64,000 nt of DNA from Thermotogota bacterium (GCA_013154295.1 JAADCS010000139.1:7107-71106); one strand, 5' to 3'; counted from the stretch's first letter, positions 30,565-42,041 are shown. The notes: generated by a model from the sequence alone, not told the origin. Translations and numbers: made by a program.

Positions 30565-33500
30565 ATGGATTGGAAAGGCAAACCTTTGAGCAAGGGCCTT
30601 GAAAACTACCTGCGAAAGGCCAAGGAGATTGCCAGAAAGCGAGGCGAATTCTACGTCGATAGCGATCACCTGCTGGCGGCTCTGTTTTCGGACAGAGAGG
30701 GTCCCTTCGCCAAGTATTTAGAAAAGAGAGGTATCCCCTATGAAGCCGCCAAAAACGAGGTTGATAGAGTTCTAGAACAGGCATGGAGCCAGCTGGATCA
30801 GGTTGAAAACTCGTACTATGACACCCTTCACAAATTGGCTAACCGCCTCTCAGCGGATTATGGCGTAGATGTCAAACCCTTCCTGGCCCAGGTGATACGT
30901 GCCGCTGCCCAGCCAAAGAGAGATGAGAGGATGGTGCGGGTGAGGGTGCGCCGTTGGGCGCCGTCCCTCGAGGATGAGTGGGAGAAGCTGCTTAGGGAGT
31001 TTTTCGGTGAGAGTTTCGGGGGTCTCTTTTCAGGTAGACGCTGGTCCTACACCGAGGATTATGTATCCCTTCCGGAAAGCCTCTATAACGACCTTCGCGG
31101 CAAGGTAAGTGATAGTCTGTTAGCCGAGTTAGCTGACATATACGATAAGTTCTCCGGTGCCTTCGCTAATCTTCTCCAGAGTGGCTTCGATCCCCGGAGA
31201 ATAGCCCGATCTATCTTAAAGAGGATGGGTGTGGAGGCCGAAGCCGAGCCGGTCTGGTCCTACTATGTGGAGGGTGCTTTAAATCGGGCCTCCGAAAAGG
31301 ATAAAGGAACCATAGACACGGCGGATCTTTTGGAGGCCCTAATGGGTAATGGAAGTTTCGCCGGTAACATCCTCAATCAACTGTTAAGCGTCAAAGTTCC
31401 AGAAGGAGGTAAAGGTATGAACAGGATGGAAGATCTAAGGGAAGAGGAAAAGAGCGCCCTTGAGCGTTTCACAACCGATCTAACCAAACTGGCGGAGGAG
31501 GGCAAACTGGATCCCGTAGTCGGTCGTGATCGTGAGATACAACAGGTTATAGAGGTTCTCCTGCGCCGCAGCAAGAACAACCCGGTCCTCATAGGTGAGG
31601 CCGGAGTGGGTAAGACGGCCATAGTTGAGGGGTTGGCCCAACGGATAGTCAAGGGAGAGGTACCCGAGGGTTTAAAGGGTAAGAAGATCCTTTCGTTGGA
31701 CACCGGGTCTCTCATAGCTGGTACCCGCTACAGAGGAGATTTTGAGGAGCGACTGAAGAAGTTAGTTGAGGAGCTGAAAAACAGAGATGATGTTATACTC
31801 TTCATAGACGAGATCCACAACATAGTCGGAGCCGGCAAGGCCGAGGGAGCACCTGCCGACGCCGCCAACCTCCTCAAGCCCGCTCTGGCCCGCGGTGAGA
31901 TACAGGTGATAGGGGCCACAACTGCTGACGAGTACCGCAAACACATAGAGAAGGATGCCGCTCTAGAACGTCGTCTCCAACCCATATGGGTGGATGAACC
32001 GGATCCCGAAAAGGCCCTTCTGATGGTGAAAGCTGTGAGGCCTAAGCTTGAGAAGCACCACAGCGTAGAAATAAGCGATGACGCCCTTGAGGCAGCAGTA
32101 AAGCTCACCCACAGGTATATGCCCGATCGTCGCCTCCCCGACAAGGCCATAGACGTATTAGATCAAGCCGCTGCCCGCAAGAAGTTGAAGATAACTTCCC
32201 CAGCTCTCTTTGAAAAGGAAGTACAGGAGAAGATAGCCGAGTTGCAGGCGGAGTTGGAGAGAGCCAAACTCCGTGGGGATGAAGCTGCAGCCAAGCAGAT
32301 CCAGCAACACATAGAGAGTTTGAAAAAGCAGGTTGAAGGCGTGAAGAAGGAGGGCGAGGATCTCTCTTCGCTAAAGAAGAAGATAGAGGAGTTGGAGAAA
32401 GAAGTGAAGAAGTTGGAGGAAGAGGGTAAAATTGAGGAATGGGAAAAGAAGAACGCCGAACTCCTCAAACTCAAGAAGAAGTATCTTGAGGCCCAAAGAA
32501 AGGAGGGTAAGGCCAAGATCGTGATAACGGCTGAAGACGTGGCCGAGGTGGTCTCCAACATCACCGGAATACCTCTATCCAAATTGGTTGAGGAAGAGAA
32601 AGAGAAACTCCTTAAGCTGGAGGAAGAGATACATAAGAGGATAGTAGATCAAGAGGAAGCCGTTAAAAAGGTGGCCGAGGCCATACGGAGAGCGAGAGCC
32701 GGTGTGTCCGATCCTAAACGTCCCTTGGGTTCCTTCCTCTTTTTGGGGCCCACAGGTGTGGGTAAGACGGAGTTAGCCAAAGCTCTAGCGGAGGTTCTCT
32801 TCGGGGACGAGGATGCCCTAATACGTCTGGATATGTCTGAGTTCAAGGAGGAGCATTCAGTAGCAAAACTCATAGGTGCTCCTCCAGGATACGTGGGGTA
32901 CGAGGAGGGAGGCAAGCTCACGGAGGCCGTCCGTCGCAAGCCTTACTCTGTCTTATTACTTGACGAGATAGAGAAAGCCCACCCGCGGGTCTTTGACCTC
33001 TTCTTGCAGGTATTGGATGACGGTCGTCTGACTGACTCACAGGGTCGCACGGTTTCCTTCCGCAACACTGTGATAATCATGACCAGCAACTTAGGGGCTG
33101 AGTACATCCGTGAGGTGGCGGATCGTTTCAACAGGGCTTACCAGAACCTCGACAAGAACGACCCCGACTTCACGAAGAAGGTAAAGGAGTTGGAAGCGGA
33201 GTTTGAAAAGGACTTCGAAAAGGCTAAGCAGAAAGTCCTGGAACTGGTGCGTTCCTACTTCCGTCCGGAGTTCCTCAACCGTATAGATGAGATCGTCGTT
33301 TTCAAACCTCTGCGTTGGGACCACGTCCTTCAGATAGCTCGTCTCCTCATAGAGAAACTCAACAAACGCTTAGCCGATAAAGGTATCAGGGTGGAGTTGG
33401 ACGACAAGGCCTATGAGCTGTTGGTAAAGAAAGGCTTCGATCCGCTCCTTGGTGCTAGACCTCTTCGTCGCGTCATCCAAAGGGAAATAGAGAATAAACT

Positions 33501-33588
33501 CTCCGAACTCATAATCGCCGGAAAGGTTAAGGAAGGTGATACGGTTAAGATCACGGCCGAAGGGGAGGAATTCGTCTTTCAGGTATGA
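30565..33588 (+). CDS. clpB: ClpB/ClpC-family AAA+ chaperone with extended N-terminal region
   Basis: [19 protein letters not shown], long coiled-coil M-domain, [29 protein letters not shown]. Confidence 0.88.
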   Translation: MDWKGKPLSKGLENYLRKAKEIARKRGEFYVDSDHLLAALFSDREGPFAKYLEKRGIPYEAAKNEVDRVLEQAWSQLDQVENSYYDTLHKLANRLSADYGVDVKPFLAQVIRAAAQPKRDERMVRVRVRRWAPSLEDEWEKLLREFFGESFGGLFSGRRWSYTEDYVSLPESLYNDLRGKVSDSLLAELADIYDKFSGAFANLLQSGFDPRRIARSILKRMGVEAEAEPVWSYYVEGALNRASEKDKGTIDTADLLEALMGNGSFAGNILNQLLSVKVPEGGKGMNRMEDLREEEKSALERFTTDLTKLAEEGKLDPVVGRDREIQQVIEVLLRRSKNNPVLIGEAGVGKTAIVEGLAQRIVKGEVPEGLKGKKILSLDTGSLIAGTRYRGDFEERLKKLVEELKNRDDVILFIDEIHNIVGAGKAEGAPADAANLLKPALARGEIQVIGATTADEYRKHIEKDAALERRLQPIWVDEPDPEKALLMVKAVRPKLEKHHSVEISDDALEAAVKLTHRYMPDRRLPDKAIDVLDQAAARKKLKITSPALFEKEVQEKIAELQAELERAKLRGDEAAAKQIQQHIESLKKQVEGVKKEGEDLSSLKKKIEELEKEVKKLEEEGKIEEWEKKNAELLKLKKKYLEAQRKEGKAKIVITAEDVAEVVSNITGIPLSKLVEEEKEKLLKLEEEIHKRIVDQEEAVKKVAEAIRRARAGVSDPKRPLGSFLFLGPTGVGKTELAKALAEVLFGDEDALIRLDMSEFKEEHSVAKLIGAPPGYVGYEEGGKLTEAVRRKPYSVLLLDEIEKAHPRVFDLFLQVLDDGRLTDSQGRTVSFRNTVIIMTSNLGAEYIREVADRFNRAYQNLDKNDPDFTKKVKELEAEFEKDFEKAKQKVLELVRSYFRPEFLNRIDEIVVFKPLRWDHVLQIARLLIEKLNKRLADKGIRVELDDKAYELLVKKGFDPLLGARPLRRVIQREIENKLSELIIAGKVKEGDTVKITAEGEEFVFQV

Positions 33589-33607
33589 ACTTCGCGCATA
33601 GGTAGGT

Positions 33608-33637
33608 AAAAAGGGGGCCATACGGCCCCCCTTTTTT
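33608..33637. terminator. Bidirectional intrinsic terminator after clpB
   Basis: AAAAA-GGGGGCC-ATAC-GGCCCCC-C-TTTTTT. Confidence 0.85.
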
Positions 33638-33742
33638 AAGTTCAGAGATGAAGGGAGACGAATAGACTGCCCACACAAATGTCCTTTTGGGCATGCAGCC
33701 CCCTTTCAAGGTGGTCGTTCTCTACCGAGCCAAGGTGGGGAG

Positions 33743-33782
33743 TGGTATCACTCTGAGGCTATTTGGCCTCACAGTGAAACCA
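33743..33782 (+). repeat. 40-bp 16-8-16 palindromic element, copy B
   Basis: TGGTATCACTCTGAGG-CTATTTGG-CCTCACAGTGAAACCA. Confidence 0.88.
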
Positions 33783-33831
33783 ATTATTCACCATCGTTTC
33801 AGCAGGTGAAGTATGGTTTGGTTAACGAGTG

Positions 33832-34488
33832 TTACGCTAGGGTATCCCTTAAGTTTGAAACGGCACGATACAGCCTATCCAGGATCTCATCCCTACTTTC
33901 CTTTCCAGAGAAACGGATGGGTTCCCCTATCACCACATCAACGAAGAGAGGTAGAGGAAGGAAATGTCCTTTTGGAAGAACTTTCCAAGTGTTGTTTATA
34001 AAAATAGGAATGATAGTTACGTAGGGCTTCCTCCTTATCAGGTGGGCCACACCACCTTTGAACGGACCAAGGCCCTCCCCGTAAGAGCGGGTTCCCTCCG
34101 GGTAAATTATCAAGGAATAGCCTTCATCCAAAGCCCTTTCCATTATCTGTAGGGGGTTGTTGTGAAGAGAGGGTCGCCGGGGTATGGGAAGAATGTTAAA
34201 GAGAAAGGAAACTATAGCGTATACGAGGCGATTCCTGGTCCAGTAGTCCGCCGCTGCTACAGGCCTAACTTCCTTCAAGCGTCGCAGAGGGATCAGGGAA
34301 AGGAGTACAAGGGTATCAACGTGACTGGCGTGGTTGGAAACTATTACGAACTGCCCTTCGGAGAGCCTTAACTCCCCCACCCTCCTGACTCCTATGAACA
34401 GGACTATGAGAGGTCTTATAAAGAGGGCGAATAGGAGCTCTCTCACCATTCCATGAAGTACCAGAAGAGTCCGTAAAACACCATCCAC
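33832..34488 (-). CDS. Lysophospholipid acyltransferase (PlsC family)
   Basis: NHASHVD, AAADYW, YPEGTRS, FKGG. Confidence 0.88.
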   Translation of the reverse strand: MDGVLRTLLVLHGMVRELLFALFIRPLIVLFIGVRRVGELRLSEGQFVIVSNHASHVDTLVLLSLIPLRRLKEVRPVAAADYWTRNRLVYAIVSFLFNILPIPRRPSLHNNPLQIMERALDEGYSLIIYPEGTRSYGEGLGPFKGGVAHLIRRKPYVTIIPIFINNTWKVLPKGHFLPLPLFVDVVIGEPIRFSGKESRDEILDRLYRAVSNLRDTLA

Positions 34489-34964
34489 CCCGCGGCGAGT
34501 AGAGGCATGTGGATCCTACGGGGGACTATGCGCGCCAGAAAGCCCACCCCGACACTCACTATGGCAAACCGCATGAGTCTCGCCGGGAAGCTCAAAAGGA
34601 GGAATGTCGAGAGATCGTAGCGTGAGGCTCCCAATACGGAGGCATAGACCTTGTAGGGAACACCGGAGAAAGCCCCTTTAAACATGGCCCAAGCGCCCAT
34701 ATGGGAGACATCCTCCATAACTCGCTCTATCATACCCCAGGAGATGGCGGGGATTCTCTCAACTACCCCCAGCGTGGCTTCTGGGTGAATTAAGGCAGAG
34801 AGGTACATCAGAAAGCCACCGATCACAGCTCCCATAGTGGCGTATACGGAACCTATAAGAGCCCTCTTAATTCCCCTCGTAGCCAGAAAGCTGATGGGAA
34901 CGTCGGGAACCACAAAAAAGAGTGTCGCCTCGGCGAAACCCCATAGGAAGAGGATAACCCCCAT
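34443..34964 (-). CDS. YqaA/DedA-like membrane protein
   Basis: WGFAEATLFFVVPD, GVPYKVY, ARLMRF. Confidence 0.7.
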   Translation of the reverse strand: MGVILFLWGFAEATLFFVVPDVPISFLATRGIKRALIGSVYATMGAVIGGFLMYLSALIHPEATLGVVERIPAISWGMIERVMEDVSHMGAWAMFKGAFSGVPYKVYASVLGASRYDLSTFLLLSFPARLMRFAIVSVGVGFLARIVPRRIHMPLLAAGWMVFYGLFWYFMEW

Positions 34965-35956
34965 CAGCTCTTAGTCCCCGTTATTAATAGGTAGTGACCG
35001 TGAAAGTACGCGATGTAGTGGAAGTAAATGGGAGCGGCCCAGCAGAGGGAATCTATGCGGTCTATGATACCGCCGTGTCCAGGCAGTATATAGCCAAAGT
35101 CCTTCTTCCCAAGGTCCCTCTTGACAGCTGACATCACACCCCCTCCCACGAAACCCAGGGTAGTTATGAGGAAGGATACGATCACGCTCTCAAGAGGAGA
35201 GAAAGGCGTTAGAAATCTGAAGAGATAGCCTAAAAGTACGGCCACGATTACACCGCCGATCAAACCCTCCCACGTTTTCCCGGGGCTTATTGAAGGCCAC
35301 ACTCTGTGTCTGCCAAGGAGCTTACCAAAGATGTACTGGAAGACGTCGCTCATTTCAACTACGAAGATCAAAAACATCATGAGGGTGAGGCCGTTGTAAG
35401 GGGCATGAGGGTCGTAAAGATGGCGGAGGTTTACCAGATAGGCCATGTGGCTAACGCCGTAGACGAAGGCCATCAGTCCCCAGTGTATTCGACTGGCGGA
35501 TGCCGTAAAACCCCTGGGGTTTTTCGCCATAAGTAGGAAGAAAGGAACGCTAAGGAAACCGTAGACAGGTATGAATATTAGGAACATGACGTACCATTCT
35601 GTCCATACCCACAGGTAGTTTAGGGGAAGGACTATGAAGAAGGCTACGAAAAGGGCCAGTCTGTCCTCCGGTCTTATCTTTATAGCCGTGAAGTATTCCT
35701 TGAGGGCCCAGAAACTCATTAAGGCAAACAGTAGTATGCTACCCTTAGGGTGGATATTGATCACCACTACCTGAACTAAGACCATAAGCCACCACGCCTT
35801 CACCCTCGCCTTCAGATCTTCGTAGAGATCCTTAGGTAGCACAGGCTTCAGCAGGTAGGTCAAAAGGGTGGCCAAAACCAGAACACCAAAGATAAAAAGG
35901 AGGAGCAGTCTCGCCCCCTCCGGTAATCTCATGAGAGTTCCCGCAATATCCACCAT
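34964..35956 (-). CDS. Phosphatidate cytidylyltransferase (YnbB-like)
   Basis: SDVFQYIFGKLLG, SPGKTWEG, SAVKRDLGKKD, PGHGGIIDRIDS. Confidence 0.9.
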   Translation of the reverse strand: MVDIAGTLMRLPEGARLLLLFIFGVLVLATLLTYLLKPVLPKDLYEDLKARVKAWWLMVLVQVVVINIHPKGSILLFALMSFWALKEYFTAIKIRPEDRLALFVAFFIVLPLNYLWVWTEWYVMFLIFIPVYGFLSVPFFLLMAKNPRGFTASASRIHWGLMAFVYGVSHMAYLVNLRHLYDPHAPYNGLTLMMFLIFVVEMSDVFQYIFGKLLGRHRVWPSISPGKTWEGLIGGVIVAVLLGYLFRFLTPFSPLESVIVSFLITTLGFVGGGVMSAVKRDLGKKDFGYILPGHGGIIDRIDSLCWAAPIYFHYIAYFHGHYLLITGTKS

Positions 35957-36528
35957 GTTCTCTGCACCACTGTTATGAAAGTGCCGGCCGCAAGAACGAT
36001 AAGAACGTACTTGGCTACAGGGAAATCCCTAACGAAGGCGGCCAAAGGGGAGGTGAGGATCAGGGCCCACATTCTCACGGGTTTGGACATCACTCCACCG
36101 TAGTGCATGCGGGAACCAGCTACTTTGCCGGCTAACCTAACGGATGCCGTCAGGAGAGCTCCCACGCATGCCAGTAAGCCCCAAAAGGGGGAGGAACCGT
36201 AAGCGTAGCCATAGCCTATGAGCATAAAGACGTCCGCTACTCTGTCGGTGAAGTCGTTCAGAAAAGCCCCGGTCGGAGTGAGTTTGCCCGTCCTGTGGGC
36301 TATCATCCCGTCAAAGATGTTGAAGGCCGAGCGCAGGAAAACAGCTATGGCTCCTGCCAAGAACATCAAGGGGTTAAAGATGGTGAGGTAGAAGAGGAAA
36401 CCGGAGAGTACCCCAAAGAGCATCCCCACCGCAGAGGCGACGTTGGCAGAAACTCCCCATCTTATTAAGGTATTCACCGCCCAGAGGGTTAATTTCCATC
36501 TTCTTCCTGGAACTCTGCGGCGTTCCAT
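35929..36528 (-). CDS. CDP-alcohol phosphatidyltransferase (YnbA-like)
   Basis: DGMIAHRTG...GAFLNDFTDRVAD motif; GVMSKPVR. Confidence 0.85.
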   Translation of the reverse strand: MERRRVPGRRWKLTLWAVNTLIRWGVSANVASAVGMLFGVLSGFLFYLTIFNPLMFLAGAIAVFLRSAFNIFDGMIAHRTGKLTPTGAFLNDFTDRVADVFMLIGYGYAYGSSPFWGLLACVGALLTASVRLAGKVAGSRMHYGGVMSKPVRMWALILTSPLAAFVRDFPVAKYVLIVLAAGTFITVVQRTWWILRELS

Positions 36529-36608
36529 GCTCCCATTTTAAAGGGGAGTTTCAACCTTCCACCCGTTTTCCCTATATACGCACGTTTCACCGCTATAATG
36601 CACGGCTC

Positions 36609-38165
36609 ATGTCCGGTAAATACCTGTGGAGGTTGGGTCTGATCGTAGCACTCTTCGCAGGGGGTATATATCTATTAATGCCCACCTACAAGCTTCTAAC
36701 GATGAGTCAGCAAGAAAAGGAGAAGATGGGGCGCCAAGCTCTATTTGAGCTTAAGAAGAAAGCTCTAAACTTAGGTTTGGATATTCAGGGAGGGATGTAC
36801 ATAGTCCTATCTGTAGACAAGTCCAAGGTAAAAGACCCAGAGAAACTCAAAGACGCTGCGGACAGGGTAGTGGAGGTGATACGGAACCGCGTTGACCAAT
36901 TAGGTGTGTTCGAACCCGTGATCCAGAAGGTGGGCGAGGATAGGGTTATCGTCCAGCTTCCCGGTGTGGTAAGCAAAGAGAGAGCAAGGAACATCATAGG
37001 TAAGACGGCCCTTCTGGAATTTAAGCTTTTGGCTGACGATAAGGTCTTTGAAGATTTTCTTAAAAGCGTAGATGATCTCCTTCGCAAAGAGAGGGGAACG
37101 ATGGCCGACACCTCCAAGGTCGGTCCCTTCCTTCGTCTCCTCGTAGGATACGAAGGAGATGTGGCTGTGCTTGAGGAAAACTGGGAGAAAGTGGACAGCA
37201 TATTGAAGCTGCCGGAGGTCAAGAGGCTCATACCTCCAGGTTATCAGATCCTCTGGGGTCGCACTATCCAGACCAAAGATGGTAAGAAGTTAAGGAAACT
37301 TTTCCTCGTTCAGAAACGTACTCCTCTCACGGGGGCCCATCTTGTGGATGCGCGTGCCACTTTAGGGCAACAGCAAATGGCCGGTCAACCGGTGGTTCAT
37401 ATAACCTTTGATAGAACAGGAGCCGTGATATTCGCCCGGCTCACCGGCGAGAACGTGGGCAAGCGACTTGCCATAGTCTTGGACGGTGTGGTGCAATCCG
37501 CCCCACGAATACAGGAACGCATACCCACGGGAAACGCTCAAATAACGGGGATACCGTCCCTTCAGGAGGCCCAAGACTTGGCCGCCATACTCCGAGCCGG
37601 TGCCTTGCCGGTACCGGTTAAGGTGGAGGAGGAGAGAATAGTGGGACCTACCTTAGGAGCCGACTCTATACGCCGCGGTATGATAGCTCTCGCTGTGGCC
37701 TTCACATTGGTAGTCCTATTCATGATCTTCTACTACCGCCTTGCCGGGGTGATAGCTGTCATAGCCCTTTTGGGGAACCTCATATTCATCTTGGACGTGA
37801 TGGCTATGCTCAACGCCACTCTGACCATGCCCGGTATGGCCGGTCTCATTCTGACGGTGGGTATGGCCGTGGATGCGAATGTGCTTATCTTTGAACGTAT
37901 AAGGGAGGAGTTACGTAAAGGCAAATCCTTTAGAACGGCTCTTGAGGTAGGCTATGCCAACGCTACCCGCACCATCTTGGACGCCAACATAACCACACTC
38001 CTAACAGCCCTAGTTCTCATGTTTCTGGGCGTTGGGCCCATAAGGGGCTTCGCTGTGGTCCTGTCAATTGGTATCGTTATAAACCTCTTCACTTCCATCG
38101 TTATGACGCGCTGGATATTCGGCTACCTGATAGAGGATAGGAAGATGCAAGCCGTTCCTATTTAA
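36609..38165 (+). CDS. secD: Protein translocase subunit SecD
   Basis: LGLDIQGG, IRNRVDQLGV, LRAGALP, GMAVDANVLIFERIREE. Confidence 0.96.
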   Translation: MSGKYLWRLGLIVALFAGGIYLLMPTYKLLTMSQQEKEKMGRQALFELKKKALNLGLDIQGGMYIVLSVDKSKVKDPEKLKDAADRVVEVIRNRVDQLGVFEPVIQKVGEDRVIVQLPGVVSKERARNIIGKTALLEFKLLADDKVFEDFLKSVDDLLRKERGTMADTSKVGPFLRLLVGYEGDVAVLEENWEKVDSILKLPEVKRLIPPGYQILWGRTIQTKDGKKLRKLFLVQKRTPLTGAHLVDARATLGQQQMAGQPVVHITFDRTGAVIFARLTGENVGKRLAIVLDGVVQSAPRIQERIPTGNAQITGIPSLQEAQDLAAILRAGALPVPVKVEEERIVGPTLGADSIRRGMIALAVAFTLVVLFMIFYYRLAGVIAVIALLGNLIFILDVMAMLNATLTMPGMAGLILTVGMAVDANVLIFERIREELRKGKSFRTALEVGYANATRTILDANITTLLTALVLMFLGVGPIRGFAVVLSIGIVINLFTSIVMTRWIFGYLIEDRKMQAVPI

Positions 38166-38181
38166 TCAAGGAGGTAAAAAA

Positions 38182-39105
38182 ATGAGAATAAAGTGGCTTG
38201 AAAATCCCAACATAGACTTCATGGGAAAGAGGAAGATAGCCTACGTGATCTCCTCCGTCCTCGTAACCATAAGTTTAATATCCTTGCTTCTACGTTTAAC
38301 ACCCATAGGTTCCATGTTTGGAATACGGCAAACTTGGTCAATCGACTTCACCGGTGGTAGGTTGGTCCAGGTGTACGTAGAGGCTCCTATATCCGAAGTC
38401 AGAAACGCCACTTTGAAGATGGGTATAAAGGCCGAGATTCAAAACGTTGGTATAGCTAACGAGTATCTTATAAAGTACAAAGAGGACATAGAACCGGACA
38501 GTTTAGTTAAAGGGCTAAAGAACTTACTTCGAAAGGACGTGCGCCTTGACAGGGCTGAACATGTGGGACCAAAGATAGGAGCCGAATTACGAGAGAAAGC
38601 CATAATCCTGACTGTAGTTGGTCTGATCGTAATCCTCTTTTACATCTGGCTCCGCTTCGATATCCTCTTCGGTTTGGGAGCGACCTTGGCTCTCTTCCAC
38701 GACGTCATAATCACTTGGGGAATCCATTCTCTCTTCGGTTTTGAGACCGATATGACCGTAATAGCAGCTCTCTTGACCCTGATAGGTTATTCCATCAACG
38801 ACTCCATAGTAGTAGCCGATCGCGTCAGAGAGTACTTAGGACGTTTCCGACTCATCGACGTATCCCCCAAAGACTTGGAACGTCTCTTCAACGATGCTAT
38901 AAACTCCACTCTATCCCGTACGGTGATAACTTCCTTTACGACTTTTATAGTGGTGCTATCGCTACTTCTCTTCGGTGGACCAGTTCTCTTCAACTTTGCC
39001 TTCGTTCTAACCGTGGGTGTAGTGGTAGGTACCTACTCATCCATATTCGTTGTCTCTTCTCTGGTACTTGACTGGAGGCTACGGGGGATGAAAAAGGGGA
39101 AGTAG
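38182..39105 (+). CDS. secF: Protein translocase subunit SecF
   Basis: [47 protein letters not shown]. Confidence 0.95.
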   Translation: MRIKWLENPNIDFMGKRKIAYVISSVLVTISLISLLLRLTPIGSMFGIRQTWSIDFTGGRLVQVYVEAPISEVRNATLKMGIKAEIQNVGIANEYLIKYKEDIEPDSLVKGLKNLLRKDVRLDRAEHVGPKIGAELREKAIILTVVGLIVILFYIWLRFDILFGLGATLALFHDVIITWGIHSLFGFETDMTVIAALLTLIGYSINDSIVVADRVREYLGRFRLIDVSPKDLERLFNDAINSTLSRTVITSFTTFIVVLSLLLFGGPVLFNFAFVLTVGVVVGTYSSIFVVSSLVLDWRLRGMKKGK

Positions 39106-39107
39106 AT

Positions 39108-39665
39108 ATGGTTAAATCGGACCGGTGGATAGAGAGGATGGCGAGAGAGTTCGGGATGATAGAACCCTTTGTATCCGAGTTAGTACGGGAAGGTAAGGTA
39201 TCGTTCGGTCTGTCCTCCTACGGTTATGATATAAGGGTAGCCGACGAGTTTTATATCTTTACGAACGTGCATACGGTGGTGGTGGATCCCAAAAACTTTG
39301 ATGAAAGATCTTTCGTACATCATCGGGGGGAACATTGCATAATCCCCCCCAACTCCTTTTGTTTGGCACGGTCGGTTGAATACTTCCGCATTCCCCGCAA
39401 CGTTTTGGGGATATGTATCGGTAAGAGTACGTATGCCCGATGTGGTATAATCGTAAACGTTACACCCCTTGAACCCGAATGGGAGGGTTATCTGACTATA
39501 GAGATAAGCAACACCACACCCCTACCTGCCAAAATATACGCCAACGAGGGTATAGCCCAGCTCATATTCCTAGAGGCTGACGAGATAACACGGTTATCCT
39601 ACGCCGACCGTAAAGGGAAGTACCAAAAACAACGGGGTATAAGCTTACCCAAGGTAGAAAGATGA
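39108..39665 (+). CDS. dcd: dCTP deaminase
   Basis: [43 protein letters not shown]. Confidence 0.95.
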   Translation: MVKSDRWIERMAREFGMIEPFVSELVREGKVSFGLSSYGYDIRVADEFYIFTNVHTVVVDPKNFDERSFVHHRGEHCIIPPNSFCLARSVEYFRIPRNVLGICIGKSTYARCGIIVNVTPLEPEWEGYLTIEISNTTPLPAKIYANEGIAQLIFLEADEITRLSYADRKGKYQKQRGISLPKVER

Positions 39666-40120
39666 AAAAACGTTGGGTGGAACACAAGGGAAAGATCCAT
39701 GAGATAGATCTTGAGAAGTACGATCTAAAAGTCCACGAATTGTGCAACGGGGTAATGATAACCTTCATAGATGGGAAACCCGTACTCTTTAGGGTATCCG
39801 ATACAAGTGGATACCGGGTGGTTGAAACGCCGGATCTACACGCCACCTTGAAGGTATATAAAGCCCCCCCTTCCGTCTCCAGGAAGGCAGAAAGTCACAA
39901 AGTACAGACAATAAGGGCTCCGATGCCAGCGTTAGTGGTTTCCGTAGAGAAGAGAGTGGGTGAGCCCGTAAAGAGAGGCGAGACAGTCGTGGTAATAGAG
40001 GCTATGAAGATGCGCACCCAGTTGAAAGCCCACATAGATGGGGTGGTAACGCATATATACGTACAGCCTGGAGTTAGCGTCAGCAAAGGCCAACCTTTGG
40101 CCGTTATAGAAGCCTCCTAA
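39662..40120 (+). CDS. Biotin carboxyl carrier domain protein
   Basis: IRAPMPALV...IEAMKM biotinylation motif. Confidence 0.85.
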   Translation: MKKRWVEHKGKIHEIDLEKYDLKVHELCNGVMITFIDGKPVLFRVSDTSGYRVVETPDLHATLKVYKAPPSVSRKAESHKVQTIRAPMPALVVSVEKRVGEPVKRGETVVVIEAMKMRTQLKAHIDGVVTHIYVQPGVSVSKGQPLAVIEAS

Positions 40121-40155
40121 CTGATAACGATTTCATCCGTATAATAGCGGGCGCT

Positions 40156-40827
40156 ATGGGTTTCTTAAGGGAAGAGGATAAACGATATCTGCGCCAAAAG
40201 TTCAACTCCGAGCTGGAGAAGGATGTGGTCCTTTTGTTTTTTACCAAAAACATCGGGTGCAACTACTGCGCGGATGAGGAGAAACTACTCAAGGAGGTAG
40301 CCGACCTCTCCGACAAGATAGAAGTGGTCGTGAAGAACGTGGTGACTGACAAGGCGGAGGCCGAAAAGTACGAGATACACGACGCCCCGGCTCTGGCAAT
40401 CCTCCAAAAGAAGGAGGACGGTCAGTTGATAGACTTCGGTATGCGGTACTTCGGTATCCCGGCCGGGTATGAATTCTCTGCCTTTATAGAAAGTGTGGTG
40501 TTGGCTTCTACCGGGAGGTCCGGGTTGAATCCCGATATAGAGGAGCAGATAAAGGACATAGATAAACGCATAGAGATCTTAGTATTCGTAACGCCCACGT
40601 GCCCCTACTGTCCCAGAGCTGTTTTGACCGCCCATCGCTTTGCGGTAGCTAACCCCAACATATGGGGGTATATGATAGAGGCCCTTGAATATCCTCAATG
40701 GGCCGATAGGTATCATGTGCATGCGGTTCCTAAAATCGTCATAAACGATGTAGTTGAGTTTGAAGGGGCACGCTCCGAGGAATTCTTCGTGAAGAAAATA
40801 AAGGAAGCGGCGGCTTTAACCAAGTAG
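40156..40827 (+). CDS. Protein disulfide oxidoreductase (two thioredoxin folds)
   Basis: CNYC and CPYC motifs; GIPAGYEF; AVPKIVIN. Confidence 0.88.
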   Translation: MGFLREEDKRYLRQKFNSELEKDVVLLFFTKNIGCNYCADEEKLLKEVADLSDKIEVVVKNVVTDKAEAEKYEIHDAPALAILQKKEDGQLIDFGMRYFGIPAGYEFSAFIESVVLASTGRSGLNPDIEEQIKDIDKRIEILVFVTPTCPYCPRAVLTAHRFAVANPNIWGYMIEALEYPQWADRYHVHAVPKIVINDVVEFEGARSEEFFVKKIKEAAALTK

Positions 40828-40837
40828 GAGGTATAAG

Positions 40838-41017
40838 ATGACGTCCCCAAGGAGAAGGCAGTCGGCGACGAGAGGGAGAAAACGCAGAACCCATTGGAAG
40901 GTTAGAAAACCCGCTTTAGCCACCTGTCCCTCATGTGGGAGGCCAAAGCCTCCTCATTTCGCCTGTCCTCACTGTGGATATTACAAGGGACGGGTGGCCA
41001 TAGTCGTTAAAGTGTAA
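40838..41017 (+). CDS. rpmF: 50S ribosomal protein L32 (missing from the ORF track)
   Basis: My translation: MTSPRRRQSATRGRKRRTHWKVRKPALATCPSCGRPKPPHFACPHCGYYKGRVAIVVKV; SD AGGAGG; directly precedes plsX. Confidence 0.95.
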   Translation: MTSPRRRQSATRGRKRRTHWKVRKPALATCPSCGRPKPPHFACPHCGYYKGRVAIVVKV

Positions 41018-41019
41018 GG

Positions 41020-42009
41020 ATGCGCGTAGCCTTAGACGCTTTTGGTACGGATAACGCCCCCCTACCAGAGATAAGGGGAGCGTTAAAGGTTTTAGAAGAG
41101 GATAGAGGTGTGGAGGTGGTGCTGGTGGGAGATGTCAGGAAAATAAGGGAGTACCTACCCACCACCCACCCCCGCCTCTCCCTCGTTGATGCTAAGGAGG
41201 TGGTCCATCACCACGACAAACCTTCGGAAGTTTTAAAAAAGCGTCCCAAGTCCTCTATGGCGGTGGCTATGGATCTGGTCAGAAGGGGTGAGGCCGACGC
41301 CTTCATATCCGCTGGAAATACAGGAGCCGTGATGGCCTATGCCCTTCGCAAGTTGGGTCGGATAAAGGGTGTGAAGAGACCTGCCATAGGGGCTCTGTTC
41401 CCTAACATCAACGAGGGTCGTACTTTGGTACTCGATATGGGGGCCAACATCCATGTTTCTTCAGATCTCCTGGTTCAGTTTGGAATAATGGGGGCCGCCT
41501 TTTACAACGCCCTGTTCCATCGTCATCCACGCTTAGCCTTATTAAACATCGGTGAGGAGGAACAAAAAGGGGGGGAAGTGATAGTTGAAGCCCGCCGAGC
41601 TCTGGAGAGGATGAATTCCCATTACAATTTCGTTGGATATGTGGAGGGGCATGAGATTTTGAGCGACAAAGCAGATGTGATCGTCATGGATGGCTTCGTG
41701 GGGAACGTACTCTTGAAATTCGGTGAAAGTGTTCTTTCCACGATTCTGGAGTTTATAAAACGTGAGGTTAAGGGAAACCCACGTGCCCTTTTGGGGGCCA
41801 TGCTTCTGAAGCCCGCCTTTAAGGCCGTTCGTAAAAAGGCGGATTTTGAGGAGTACGGAGGGGCACCTCTTATAGGGGTCAATGGAATAGTCATAATAGC
41901 CCATGGTCGTTCTTCTGCCCGTGCTATCCATAACGCCATACTGGTGGCCAAAACCCTCCATCAACATGATCTTTTAAACAAAACACGTCGCTACATAGAG
42001 GGGCGGTGA
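41020..42009 (+). CDS. plsX: Phosphate acyltransferase PlsX
   Basis: MRVALDAFGTDNAP, SAGNTGA, LLNIGEEEQKG, DGFVGNV, IAHGRS. Confidence 0.95.
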   Translation: MRVALDAFGTDNAPLPEIRGALKVLEEDRGVEVVLVGDVRKIREYLPTTHPRLSLVDAKEVVHHHDKPSEVLKKRPKSSMAVAMDLVRRGEADAFISAGNTGAVMAYALRKLGRIKGVKRPAIGALFPNINEGRTLVLDMGANIHVSSDLLVQFGIMGAAFYNALFHRHPRLALLNIGEEEQKGGEVIVEARRALERMNSHYNFVGYVEGHEILSDKADVIVMDGFVGNVLLKFGESVLSTILEFIKREVKGNPRALLGAMLLKPAFKAVRKKADFEEYGGAPLIGVNGIVIIAHGRSSARAIHNAILVAKTLHQHDLLNKTRRYIEGR

Positions 42010-42041
42010 TATACCGTTTTCGGCCTTAAAATCCGGTTATC

